Made by a program: the position numbers and the translations under genes. From contig CM121343.1 of the NCBI GenBank assembly GCA_051530055.1, positions 3,876,389 to 3,940,388 on the forward strand: a stretch of DNA of 64,000 nucleotides. Reading direction: 5' to 3'. Below, piece after piece: positions 50,524 through 63,690 of the stretch. The stretch is from Neoechinorhynchus agilis. Its lineage: Eukaryota; Animalia; Acanthocephala. Numbering within the stretch: the first letter of the stretch is position 1; every line of letters starts with the position of its first letter. The notes under the pieces were generated by a model, which saw only the letters and a list, made by a program, of their open reading frames with translations, had not been told where the DNA came from and searched no databases.

Positions 50524-53500
50524 TCAATCATTTGGTCGTTCGACCTCAATGTCCTTCGTGCAACCAATAACATCATCGGCGGCCAGTGCGCTGAATGCAA
50601 GTAAATTGGTCTTTAGCCTGTTATGCATTTTGTCGTCATAATTCATTTTCCCGGCAATGCTATGTTCCAAACTATGCTCTACAAACTGATTGAGACTTGC
50701 CATAGCCTCTTTCTCCTTCGCGGGACATTTCGCATTAATCTCGGTTTTAACTTTTTCTGCAAACGCAAGCAAATAGCGTCTTCTGTTGGGTTTAAAATGA
50801 ACCGCTATTAGGTCAATTTCCGATATGATTCTGTGAAGAGTTTCCAGTTCAAAGATTACAAAAGGAACAGCCTCAATAAGTACTGTGGTAATAAATTTTA
50901 AATGGTGTTTGCTTAACACTTGACGTTTTTCCCTTATTGTTTCCAAGACTTCAATTATCATTTCTGAAACATCAGCAATGCAATTTCCTTTAGAATTAGG
51001 GTCCACCTTGCCTTTTTGCAGGAGCAGTTCTATTAAAGTTTTAGTTACTGCTATTGGATCAATATTTACGATAGCTTTAATTGCTCCAACTGTTTTAGGA
51101 GCTTCGGGCCAAATGCAGAGCTTCTCGCGAGAAAGCTTAATAACGGAGGAATGATTACTGCGTTGATTTTCTTCTAATTCACTTTGATCTTCTTTTGTTT
51201 GGATCATTGAAAAGATCATTGAAGCCAGACAACCTTTTAAGCAGTCGCGGGTGACCGTATTACCGGCAGATTTATGGTTTGTACCGAATGAGTACATGTC
51301 CAGAAATGTAATCAGTATTCCAAGCAGGAATTTATGATACATTTTTACTTCGTAGCTGTCGTCGCTTGACTCTTCGTCATCTCTATTTTCGACTGATTCC
51401 AAGTACGATTTTTCGCGTTGGTAGCACATGATGAGCATAGCCATTAGATGTTTTGAGTGCATAGCATTTCGTTGAAACAATTTAATTACTCCGAGAATGG
51501 AGATCGCACGTACATCATAAATACTTGGTAATGATTCACGACACTGATCAATCGAAGAAGATCTTACTATTCGCCTTAATCGAATACCGGATGGCATATT
51601 TACTTTTGCCATCGGAGGCATGGCCATTTTTATATTTGACATATCGTTGATCCCCAAAGGCCATAACAAGCCTGAAATGAACGAAAACATCGACGTGTCT
51701 TGATTATAACTTCCTACATTTATCTCGGTCGTTTTCAATCAAATGCATAGTTTTGTGTTACAAATATTCCAGCATTTCAAATTTTACAGAGAGATAATTA
51801 AACCCAATTTTTCGAAATAATCCACTAAATAATATGTATTTTGTTCGGCGATATAGATATTGATTTATTAATTCCCAGAATGAAGTAACCTTGACCTACC
51901 TTTCAGACCTGAAGAAGTCCGACGAGACGGACGAAATATTGTCACAAAGGGAATTATTAAATCAATTTCTTCACAACCGAACAAAATATATTCATGAACA
52001 ACTTGTTTATAATAATGAGTATGAAAAAATTTCAGAATATTATTAGGTCCAAAAAGCATTCAGGAAGTTAAATTTGGATATCTCAGTAATCGTTCATTTC
52101 TACAACGGTTTGCGCCATCGTTCAAATTGTTGACCTTCAAAACGTGTAAAATGTTATGGAAAAAAACCTTACTAGGCTTTAAAAGTGATGGCTTCTTAAT
52201 GGTTGCCCCAATAGCAAGGTCTGCAAGTCGCATCAATTAGAAGTAGGGAAGATGATCTAACGATAACTTTAAATATTTACTACATTTTGACTGCGATACA
52301 TTGCAAAGTCAATTTGGATATTTTAGCCCATTTACACGGGTTAACAAGCAAAGGTTGAATCTTCTCGTACATCTTCAGCTTATTCACAACGAGGATAACA
52401 TATTTTGACTATAAAGGGGGAACTGAATATACTGATTTGGTTGAAAGCGACCGATTTAACTGTTCGATTGTTGCATTATGCCTTCCGATTAAGTCACATA
52501 GACCTGCGATTGCAGTAACCTTTACACGTGGTTCATCGAACGAAATTGCGGTTACAAGAATTGAAAGCACAAAGTTTAAGTGATCTAGAGGCCGTTTAAG
52601 ATTTCCTAAAACAACCAATGCTTCGACCGCAACGTTCCGTAATACTGGTAAATCGCTTTGGATACATCGAAGAATGAAATCGGTTTGAATGATCAGCATG
52701 TCAGGTGTAAATGTTCGTACACATGGATTCCTAAGCATTTCAACGGTAAGATTTACACACCGAGCCAATGTTGTCTTGGATACCCCTGCCGCCATTTTGT
52801 CATTATTCTTGAGAAAATCACTAAGAGCATTTAAATCTGGGGCAATTTCTTCTTCTTTGACCTCAGTGGGATCACGTTTGCCCATGCATTCTTGACGCAA
52901 TATCCGGTTCATCATTTCCACATAGCAGGCTACATACGCTTGCTCATCATTTTCATATAAGCGGCAAAGTATTTTTGAGACGGTACCGTAAATCGATACT
53001 GGTACTGATGACATTACGATGAGATCTTTTAAACAATAAATTATTCTTAGATGGGGAATTACGTTTAAATTCTCGTAATTCTGAGTCAGAATACCTTTGT
53101 GTCCGTCGAAAACGTGATTTGATGAGACATAGCTACTCTTTGTGAACGTCAAGAGCACCTCCAGATGATACTTTAAAATAAAGGTACAACTGTCGTCCGA
53201 AATCGATTCATTACTTTCAAACTGCGGGACCAAGTGAATCTCAAGGTGCTTCCAAAGAGCGTAAGGGGTCGGTGGCTGAATAAGTGATAAGCAATATTTT
53301 ATCGTCTCTTGACATTCACTCAGTACTGCTTCGGAATTCTTTTCACGTTGACCATAATGCATATGTTTATTGCCTCGGAATAGATTTCCCCACAAAATAT
53401 TATAACAGCATTGACAAAGAACGGACCACAAGAAGACCAACTCAACCGTAGCTGTAGGTATAATAGGTAATCTCAGCTCCCTATCAAACATAATCACGGA

Positions 53501-54787
53501 ATTTCTCATCTTGTTGATACTTGATGTCAAATCCATGCTGATTTGTGTGCTGCACTTCGAATCTTTTAATTCACTTTCCAAAATAGATGGATCGGCTAAG
53601 GTTGTAGAATCCAACTCATATCCATACGTAAATAGAAAGCGCTCGAAAAATTCAGTCATGTGTGTTAGGTTCGTTTCACCTCTTTGGTTCATAATACGTT
53701 CAACATATCGAATAATGAGCATTCTTAACAAATCTTCGTTCCGTAATAACTGGAAATACTTTAAAAGATCGGAAAATTTACCACAAGCGACATCAAGCCA
53801 ATCCTGAACAATGCTGTCGATGAAGAAATCACGGATATCCTGTTCAGGATCGAAAAGACCTGAAATCAATAATTCATATCGCATTTTTGAGCTTAATTGT
53901 TTCAGCTTAACCCTTTTATGCAACCTTTTCAAAGCAGACAGTCGAACGTTTGGGCAGCAGTCATGAGCGGATAATTTGACTAGAACTTCGAGGGTTTCTT
54001 GTCTAATGCACAAAACATCAACAGCGGCGATACGTAAATCAGAAAATAAAGATCTCGTCGCAAGGTTCAACAAAGCATTGGTTACTTCATTATGCTTGAG
54101 ACTACGTGACTGAAACGGTTTTATGGCTCGGCAGGCACATCGTTGTACGAATCTGCAGGTATCATTTAGCCGTTTCAAAAGTGCAGTCTGAAGGTGATCT
54201 AAATGTTTTAATGGGAATCCTGTTGTGTCATTGAAGCAAGTAAATAAATGACTTATGAATTTACAGCATCTTGCCCGTACAAGTGGTCTATGATCGTTCA
54301 ATCTTTCCGGTAAGCGACTAAGTAGATCGCAAATCAGTTTGTCTTTCCATTGAACACCAACACCGAAACCCTTACGAGCATTGTCAGCTACGTTCACATC
54401 ACCATTAGTCGGATCCATTGGAATGTTCTTTAGTTTACCAGATAAAATACATATTAATCCTTGCCAATAGGGTTCAATAAAAACTTGGAGGCGTTCATCA
54501 CGAGTCCAGTCGAATGAAGATCCACCCTTTGTCGAAGGTGTACACATGGCAAGGGTCATATCAAAGTACTCCAAAAAGCAATCCTTCTTCTCCGCATAGT
54601 CAACAAGCGAGTCCTCAAAAAATCCCAACGTAAGCGAATAGTTCGACATTAGTTGCTCGGAATATCCCAAAGAGGTATCGTACTCGAGTTGAACTTCTGA
54701 TTGAACAGCATTGAGAAAATCAGATAACTGCTTATGCATCTTAAATATCTTTTTGTGAATAACCTTGGGCAAGCATGGCGATTGCAC
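50524..54787 (-). CDS. NCAPG: Condensin I subunit CAP-G; two ORFs joined across one non-canonical interruption
   Basis: HEAT repeats (RLNDTCRFVQRCACRAI; DCCPNVRLSALKRL..LLISGLFDPEQDIR..QDWL). The Cnd3 domain is split between IQSDLPVLRNVAVEAL and AISILGVIKLF..LMAMLIMCY..LITFLDMY. Confidence 0.9.
51721..52458 (-). other. TA-flanked 736-nt insertion with 22-bp terminal inverted repeats in NCAPG
   Basis: TA-TCTCGGTCGTTTTCAATCAAAT ... ATTTGGTTGAAAGCGACCGATT-TA (18/22). Direct repeat TAAAT on the gene strand. Removal joins the ORFs in frame (IEQLNVGSYNQD). Contains a nested palindrome at 51831-51992. Confidence 0.93.
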
Positions 54788-55206
54788 AAAAGGTGAGAAT
54801 TAGTTAAAAATTGATCAAATAGGGGATTTTTGAGCACAAAATGTTTGGTAGGAGTCGACAGTCAATCAGTTCACAATGGAGACATTGAACGCTGAACGGC
54901 CATTGGTTCATGGAACCATTTTGACAAACAAATTAATGTGCTTCTTCCGAACTTTAATTACAAATAAAATTATCAGTTTCAAAATAGTGACGTCATAGTT
55001 AATCATTTTTAGGCAGTATATCGAAAAGCGTGAATCGATGATGAACACTCGCGGTAGTCAAACGCCTAAAAATTAAATGAATTTATTAATTTCGATATTT
55101 TGAAAAATTGATAAATTGTGCCTCCGAAAACATTCGGATTTAATAAATTCTTCTAATTTTTACGCCATAAATAAGAATTGTAAAGAAATTATTCATTATA
55201 GTTTCA

Positions 55207-56082
55207 GTTTCAATTAGCGATGTTTCATTATGAAATAGATTTATATTGAATTGTTTTTTCGGTCTTTTCATTGGCCTTCTTCAGTCAAACTGTAAATAAA
55301 TCTAATCGTTATTTACAATTGACTGAAGAATGCCAATGAAAAGACCGAAAAAATATCAATATAAATCTATTTCCTCAATGGCGAATTATTACACACTCGA
55401 GTTTTTGAAATCAATCTTGCGAATTTTCAAGGCCTCAGCCTCCCGCACACCCGAGTCAAGGCTACCAACTTTTTAGATGCTTGAGAAGGAGGCTGAGGCC
55501 TTGAAAATTCGCAAGATTGATTTCAAAAAATTCGAGTGTGTAACTATTCGCCATTGAGAATACACATCCACTCGAAGGATAAATCTATTTCTGAATCGCT
55601 AATTGAAACATAAACAAGAATCCTCTTGTGGCGATTCACACCCCGAGAATCAATTTTATTTTGAAATATTTCGTGATCCAAACCCACCTTTTCAAACATT
55701 GTCATTACTAGAAATTTTTCTTCGGAAATAATGACAATGTTTGAAAAGGTGGGTTTGGATCACGAAATATTACAAAATAAAACTGATTCTCGGGATGTGA
55801 ATCGCCACACCTGAATGTTATCATGAACGTTATAAACAAGAATGTAAACTTTTGGTGAAAATGATCAACCGGTCATCACGTATTTGATTTCGATATTTCG
55901 AAGGAGGTAACCTCGCCGTATCGGTCATTGTTTCGCAAATGAAGTGACAAATTTGCGAAACAATGGCTGGTGGTGAGGCGAGATTACGTCCTTCGAAATA
56001 TCAAAATCAAATAAGTGATGACCGGTTGATTATTTTCACCTAAAAACCCGAAGGATTTTCTCTGTCGGTGATAAACAAGAAT
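55207..56082. mobile_element. Cluster of four abutting or nested palindromic elements
   Basis: Hairpins at 55232-55373, 55374-55558, 55627-55809 and 55854-56040. Outer inverted repeat 55207-55221 / 55595-55609. ATAAACAAGAAT at 55610, 55832 and 56071. Confidence 0.9.
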
Positions 56083-57507
56083 AAATACAGCCAATCGCAA
56101 ACTTGAAAAAGAAACACTAATTTTTTGCAAATAAATTGAGTATGTGAAACAAAACAGTGTCAAAAACCGTCAAATTGGCACAATAATCATTTCCTTTTCA
56201 GGATCTAAAACTCCATAATACTCTTATAGCTCTTGTATTTATACATGTAATTTAATTCTAGACTTTCCTTACGCAATTAGTAGTTAACGCCGGAAACATA
56301 GAAATCTAAGTGTAAATAATATCTAATTAAAGCAGTTAAGATCGACAAACCTCCATTCTCTGTCACCGTTACAGAACGCGTGATCGTCCTCTTAATGCCA
56401 CGCGATATTAATTCCATAACGAGGTCGTTGGATCGCGTTTGCTGAAAGTTTAATTGACTTTCTAAATTGGCAAGCGCTTCATTAGGGCAACACAATTCTC
56501 GTCTGATTAAGCCAGTTAATTTATTAATCTGATTTAATATCAGTCGCTTTTAATTTGGATTGGTTATACATACAAAAAACGAAAACGCCTACTTTTAAAA
56601 TCTAAATCGCACCTAATTTTTTTTTGTTTAAAAAAATAATTTTGGAAATCAGTTGTTGCATCGTTCCGAATCGATAGTGTTGTTTTAAATAAACACCCAC
56701 TTGACGCAGATACGTAGTATATCGCCAAGATCCTAACGAATACACCGGATATTAGAAAGACGATTAAAGCGTACATAATCGAGATACTGAGACCATAATT
56801 ATTTTCTGAAAGAGAACCAATCCAGCTTTGGCGTAAATTAGTTCCTGATTAACAAACCATAAGATCCTTTCAAGCGAATGTATGAGTGCGTGTGCAATCA
56901 TATATATTCAACTATATAATCGGTTCAGCTTATCAATTCTTCTCTCATGCAAGAGAAATCCATAAATATATTCATTACCTTTTTGACTTTTAATTGACGT
57001 TTTTTTTTATGAAATTTTTTTAACATGCACTCTTTTGAAAATCATTTTCGCACCCAAAAACATTCGTAAATATAATCTTCCTTTGGCGTTTCCATTTATT
57101 TTCTGCGTAGTTGTTATAGTTACGCGACGACATATCCCATTGCATTTATTTATAATGGCCTAAGTAACCAATCAGAAACGGAAAAGAATTCTAAGGTATC
57201 ATTGTGGATCATTAATGCGCCTGTATTCACTAAGTATTTCTTAGTTACTTAAATGCAGACATTTCTACTCACAAGATCTCCAACGCTGTTAGTGCAAAAA
57301 GGATAGCATAGCGTATAAGTTTTCCGTTTTAACGGTAGTCACTTCTGAATTATAGCTGATTGTTCGTTACATTTAAGAGGGAAAGTCAAGTGTAAACGAT
57401 TAAAACTTGTGCTGATTAAAGACAGAACGTGCGAGTTGCAAAAAGCAACCACTGAAAGACCACTTTGCGCATTCTAACCTCTTCCAGAAATTGTAGACTA
57501 CTATTGA

Positions 57508-58221
57508 ATGAAGACGTTCATGGTTCAAGAGATGCTCAATGTCACTAGTACTGACATGGAAGGAATTAGTGTACTTGAGGAAAAGACTTGTCGGATTAAG
57601 GAAATTAAATATGACGAAAAGAATATAAATAAAGAAACAGAAATTAGACAAAATTTGAAAAGTACAAACAATGAAGTCATCGACGATCAAAGTAAAAAAA
57701 CAAGAAGAAGTAGAACAACTTTTAATAATCACCAATTAAATGCGCTGGAACAAGCTTTTGCAAAAACACAGTATCCCGACGTTTATTTCCGCGAGCATTT
57801 GGCTCGGGAGTTGACGCTGAGTGAATCGAGAATTCAGGTTTTTTGTTTCTGAAATGATCGTGCCATTAAATCTTCTCCCTGGATTTGTTAGGTCTGGTTT
57901 CAAAACCGAAGAGCAAAACTGCGAAAATTCGAAAGCAAGCATGCAATCTACAACGGGCATCTATTGCCCCATGTTCTAACTCAACTAAATTGTGCTGGTC
58001 AAAATTTAATTATGAACTCTCAATCACCTTTTCAAAGAAATGGCAATAATCAAATATTCCATTCTATCGATTGGACCACAACACAATCCGAACCGCAAAC
58101 AACTTCAATTCAACAAATTCAAATTGGATCGCAAGCACAAGTCATGGCCAACATCCATCCACTTATCTTGGCGGCTGTAAGCTCCCTTGCAGAACAAAAA
58201 AAGGAGTCGTTTAATCTTTAA
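57508..58221 (+). CDS. PRD-class Q50 paired-like homeobox protein (homeobrain/aristaless-like), 1 GT-AG intron
   Basis: [45 protein letters not shown]|[12 protein letters not shown], with the intron at the classic homeodomain 46/47 position. eh1-like FMVQEML at the N-terminus. Confidence 0.92.
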
Positions 58222-58436
58222 ATGACACAAAATGTGCAATCGGCTGTATCTATAATGAATTGTATATAAATTAATTGTTGTTCAGCAAGACAAAGTTAAA
58301 TAATTTTACATTAACTCTTTAATTTTTAATCATCGCACTAGAAATTAAAAATTAATTTTCCTGAAAAAAGAAGAGCAATTTTGTAGATGAATAAATAAGC
58401 GAACAGCGCGTGTGCGTCAAAATATTTTAATATTTA

Positions 58437-59489
58437 TTCACAATTTTTAAGATACACAATAGGACTTTTACACTATCTCGGATCTTCTTCAGCGATTTTT
58501 CACAATTTTTAAGATACACAATAGGACTTTTGCACTATCTCGGATCTTCTTCAGCGATTTTTCACAATTTTTAAGATACACAATAGGACTTTTACACTAT
58601 CTTGGATCTTCTTTAGCGATTTTTCACAATTTTTAAGATAAACATTAGGACTTTTGCACTATCTCGGATCTTATTTAGCGATTTTTCACAATTTTTAAGA
58701 TACACAATAGGACTTTTGCACTATCTCGGATCTTCTTCAGCGATTTTTCACAATTTTTAAGCTACACAATAGGACTTTTGCACTATCTCGGATCTTCTTC
58801 AGCGATTTTTCACAATTTTTAAGATACGCAATAGGACTTTTACACTATCTCGGATCTTCTTCAGCGATTTTTCACAATTTTTAAGATACGCAATAGGACT
58901 TTTACACTATCTCGGATATTCTTCAGCGATTTTTCACAATTTTTAAGATACACAATGGGACTTTTGCACTATCTCGGATCTTCTTCAGCGATTTTTCACA
59001 ATTTTTAAGCTACACAATAGGACTTTTACACTATCTCGGATCTTCTTCAGCGATTTTTCACAATTTTTAAGATACACAATAGGACTTTTACACTATCTCG
59101 GATCTTCTTCAGCGATTTTTCACAATTTTTAAGATACACAATGGGACTTTTACACTATCTCGGATATTCTTCAGCGATTTTTCACAATTTTTAAGATACA
59201 CAATGGGACTTTTGCACTATCTCGGATCTTATTTAGCGATTTTTCACAATTTTTAAGATACACAATAGGACTTTTGCACTATCTCGGATCTTCTTCAGCG
59301 ATTTTTCACAATTTTTAAGAAACACAATAGGACTTTTACACTATCTCGGATCTTATTTAGCGATTTTTCACAATTTTTAAGATACACAATGGGACTTTTA
59401 CACTATCTCGGATCTTCTTCAGCGATTTTTCACAATTTTTAAGATACACAATAGGACTTTTGCACTATCTCAGATCTTCTTCAGCGATT
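58437..59489. repeat. Tandem minisatellite, 62-bp unit, ~17 copies
   Basis: TTCACAATTTTTAAGATACACAATAGGACTTTTACACTATCTCGGATCTTCTTCAGCGATTT is repeated. Confidence 0.97.
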
Positions 59490-60284
59490 GTTAAAGTGTT
59501 TGATTCGCGTATGTGCCGCAATCCTTTATGCGCATTCGTATTGGTCCAGACTTTCGGAGGCTTAATAAAGGCGAAAATATTTTTGCGCATTTCAATCAAT
59601 AAAGGTCAAACTTGAAATTTGCAATAATTATGAGATGAACCATTACTTGAGTGTTAATAACGTTGATTTTATTTTCAATATAAGTTCCACGCAAACAATT
59701 CTGAAGAAGGTCAGCAGGCCGAAAATTCAAGTTGATGAATTACAATCTTTCTTCGCCAAGTCCTACAATTTTCTTTTCATTTGTATTCAAATTTGCACCC
59801 AAATCATTACAGTAAAAGTAATTATTTTACCTTATAAGAAGCTGTCCTTTTTTTAAGATTAATTTTATTTTTTTCTTAAGCAATTGATCGACAACATTTA
59901 TGTAGTCAGCGTTTCCAAGCCAAAATTGTATTGGCTCCTTTGTAATGCAATAGAAAGTATTTAGTGCTCTTAGGCAACCATAAAAAAATTTGGTGCCATA
60001 TTTCAACAGTATTTACACACTGATAGAAACAAGCCCAACACACAAGCAACCAATCAGTTCTCAACGACAGACATAATAAATTGTGCACGATAGAATAGCC
60101 TCTCTTATCAATGATTGCTGTACAAACTTATCTTAGCATTTAAAAATAGAGAACACAAGTCTCAAAAAATAAATACTGATTTCATTTTTTGGATTTTATT
60201 TCTTAGATTCATCTGTTTAAGGTCGTACTAAAAGCAAAAAATCCCATCCGAGCCCTTACACAAAACATAAAAATAAGTATAATT

Positions 60285-62156
60285 TTAGATCAGATCAATT
60301 GACGGATCATCAAGAAAAAACCAAATGTGCTTCTTGTCTGTAGAGTACTTTGATTTACAATACATTTTTAAAAAGTTCTTCAGCTCAGTGTCCCGAAACG
60401 AGGTATTAATAGTTCGTGCACGTGAACGGAAATCCGCGAACATAAATTTATAGTCCGATATTAGGCAGTTACACAAGCAATCTTTTAAAATATTTTCGGT
60501 ATCACTTTTATTGAGAGTACCTTGAATCGTCTTCATGTAAATAATGTCCGACCGAAACTTAGTCGGCCACCGTTTATTGATGGCAATGAACTTCAAAGAT
60601 TCCAAGCACGATGTCCACTCACCGTCGGATAAGTTAGGCTTAACATCAGTGCCGAGATTTACAATATCAATGTTGAGCTGCAATCTTATTTCACTTAATT
60701 TAAACCAAAGGCGATCTAAAAAGTGTCGTTTGATAAAAGAAACAGCACCATTAAGCTTAGATATAGAGTCGTTGTTGAATGATATGGACAAACTATTATT
60801 TGCGTCGTTCGTTACATCAGCTACGTCGTCCAGTTGTATCGATGGCTTAAGCTTCTTTAACAATTTGGCAGGAGTTAGGTTAAGTTTTCGAACGAGATTA
60901 TCACGACGTTCTTGCCATACTTTATTTTGCAGATCGTAAAAACTGGGAAACTCTTGTGAAAACTTTGAGCACCTGTCAGTCTGCGAGCATGTACGGTTTA
61001 CTGCGAATTGAAGTTTATCGATTAGATTACCAAGAATCGGACAAGCAGCCATCACAATGTCTTCAACATTGCAATTTGAAAGTCTAGATATCTTGAGGAG
61101 GTCAGCCATTCCTCCGAAGGCATAGAGAGAGAAAAACAATAAATCGCGTGCTAAATCCGGGCAAGAGTGTGGACGATCACGTGTGGAACCTTGGATGGCA
61201 TATTTAGATAGGAACATGTCGTTCCTCAACAGGAGACCATTTTCTGAAAAATGGACTAAAACATCATTTCGTTCGACCATTAAACCGCGTTCAATTAGAG
61301 TGACGTAAAACTCGGCGAAACATATCAAGCTCGACCGTTTATCATCAACAGATTCAAAAAAGAAACCACTGAATCAGTTGTGCTGTAAAAACCATATTAA
61401 TCTCAGCGGCAATAGCGTCTGAGTCACGTTCGTGAGATCCAGCGTCCTCTGGTGGTTGGCTCCAGTCCTTGAAAATAACTATATCTTGTTGTTTAAAAGA
61501 CTCTTTGTTTGCATAGTAGGCAACGTCTAAAAAAGATGAACCATCCCTATGCTGACAAAAGTCGCTTATTCCGCTTTCGGATTCAGCCATCTCATTCGTG
61601 AACCGTTTTCGTGTTATTAGTTCGGCTTCCCCGCCTTCTTTTTCGTTAGTGGTAGCATCCTGTACTTCATCTAAGGCGTCCAGATATCCGAGTTTGGACC
61701 TCATACGCAGGACTTTCCTAACTGGACGAACCATCCAACACCCATCAAAATGGGCAGCGACCACGTTGAAATGGTCATCTCTAGGATCCATGCATGAGGT
61801 AGCAGCTTCACATGCTGCGAATGTTCTTTGGTTACTTATCAGTGTAGATTTTGTGTGTGTGTGTGTGAAATAGCCCGTTAAAATCGACACTTAGGCTCTA
61901 TATCGGTTTGATCATAACCAGTTTGCATCGATAATTGTTGGCAGCGGGCTTGTGAATACAAATCAGGGTTCGTTTCAGAAAGGGAAAATATTTCAACCAG
62001 GAGTTGTAGTGAATCCATTCTAGCACCACGTATAAACTGTCTTTGGATACCAATAGATAATGGATACTCAAATAAACAGACTAAGGTGTCGTCCATGCAG
62101 CAAGCAGACAGGTCATATTCGGCAATCACTTCGTCATCTTCGTCAGAATCTACCAT
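60285..62156 (-). CDS. POLR3E: RNA polymerase III subunit RPC5 (Sin-like); one TA-type and one hybrid interruption
   Basis: MVDSDEDDEVIAEYDL..LFEYP, WMVRPVRKVLRMRSKLGYLDALD, EINMVFKRSSLICFAEF (after excision) and LARDLLFFSL match RPC5 motifs. Confidence 0.82.
61340..61387 (-). other. TA-flanked 46-nt hairpin insertion in POLR3E
   Basis: Arms CAACAGATTCA / TGAATCAGTTG (10/11). Removal gives GTT TTT AAA CGG TCG AGC TTG ATA TGT, in frame. Confidence 0.85.
61835..61893 (-). other. Hairpin-bounded 56-nt GT-AG intron in POLR3E with TA just outside the arms (hybrid type)
   Basis: Arms AGTGTAGATTTT / AAAATCGACACT (11/12). GT..AG removal (61890-61835) is in frame; symmetric TA-TA removal (55 nt) is not. 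Confidence 0.6.
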
Positions 62157-62278
62157 TGATATTTCTCTAAAATAAACTCGTATGGTTATAGGGATGAAAC
62201 CAAGCGCATTGTTGATCCGAAACAAAGGATATCCTCATGAGAAAATCCCTCGGGATGATGGAGTTGGAGGTGTGGTAA

Positions 62279-62427
62279 TATCGTCCGGATAAAAGGTATT
62301 TTATTGATGATATTTCGAAAAAGGAAGCTTCGCCTCATTAGTCATTGTAAATTAATCTAATCCGGACGAGACGAAGCTTCCTCTTTCGAAATATCCTCAA
62401 CAAAATACCTTTTATCCGGGGGGAATA
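62279..62427. mobile_element. TA-flanked palindromic MITE-like element
   Basis: Arms CCGGATAAAAGGTATTTT..GAAGCTTCG / CGAAGCTTC..AAAATACCTTTTATCCGG. Confidence 0.85.
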
Positions 62428-62439
62428 TCATCGCCACAA

Positions 62440-63690
62440 ACCCATGAGCAGTTCAAGGACTTAGAGCTCCACGTTTTTATCGAAACTGCCGTCACTTTCT
62501 CTGTAAAGAATTTCAGCCCTGCCTAGTAAACAAAAAGTTCAACTCATTTAAGGATAAATAACGACATAAATAGAAATCCTTCGGGATGATGGAGTTGAAG
62601 ATGCAGTAATCATATGAAAACCAATGATTGAACCGTTCAAGGATTTAGAGCTCCACTTCCTTATCAATGCCGTCACTTTCTCTGTAAGAATTTCAGCCCT
62701 GCCTAGTAAACAAAAAGTTCAACTCATTTAAAAAAAACATAATAAATCCTTCGAATGGATTGAAGATGCATAATCATATGAAAACCAATGATTGAACCGT
62801 TCAAGGATTTAGAGCTCCACTTCCTTATCGAAAATGCCGTCACTTTCTCTGTAAAGAATTTCAGCCCTGCCTAGTAAACAAAAAGTTCAACTCATTTAAG
62901 GATAAATAACGACATAAATAGAAATCCTTCGGGATGATGGAATTGAAGATGCAGTAATCATATGAAAACCAATGATTGAACCGTTCAAGGATTTAGAGCT
63001 CCACTTCCTTATCGAAAATGCCGTCACTTTCTCTGTAAAGAATTTCAGCCCTGCCTAGTAAACAAAAAGTTCAACTCATTTAAGGATAAATAACGACATA
63101 AATAGAAATCCTTCGGGATGATGGAATTGAAGATGCAGTAATCATATGAAAACCAATGATTGAACCGTTCAAGGATTTAGAGCTCCACTTCCTTATCGAA
63201 AATGCCGTCACTTTCTCTGTAAAGAATTTCAGCCCTGCCTAGTAAACAAAAAGTTCAACTCATTTAAGGATAAATAACGACATAAATAGAAATCCTTCGG
63301 GATGATGGAATTGAAGATGCAGTAATCATATGAAAACCAATGATTGAACCGTTCAAGGATTTAGAGCTCCACTTCCTTATCGAAAATGCCGTCACTTTCT
63401 CTGTAACGAATTTCAGCCCTGCCTAGTAAACAAAAAGTTCAACTCATTTAAGGATAAATAACGACATAAATAGAAATCCTTCGGGATGATGGAATTGAAG
63501 ATGCAGTAATCATATGAAAACCAATGATTGAACCGTTCAAGGATTTAGAGCTCCACGTTTTTATCGAAAATGCCGTCACTTTCTCTGTAAAGAATTTCAG
63601 CCCTGCCTAGTAAACAAAAAGTTCAACTCATTTAAGGATAAATGAGGACATAAATAAAAATCCTTCGGGATGATGGAATTGGAGGTGTGA
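62440..63690. repeat. Tandem satellite, ~185-bp unit, ~7 copies
   Basis: TTCAAGGATTTAGAGCTCCAC recurs every 184-185 bp; one unit is degenerate and shorter. Confidence 0.95.
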
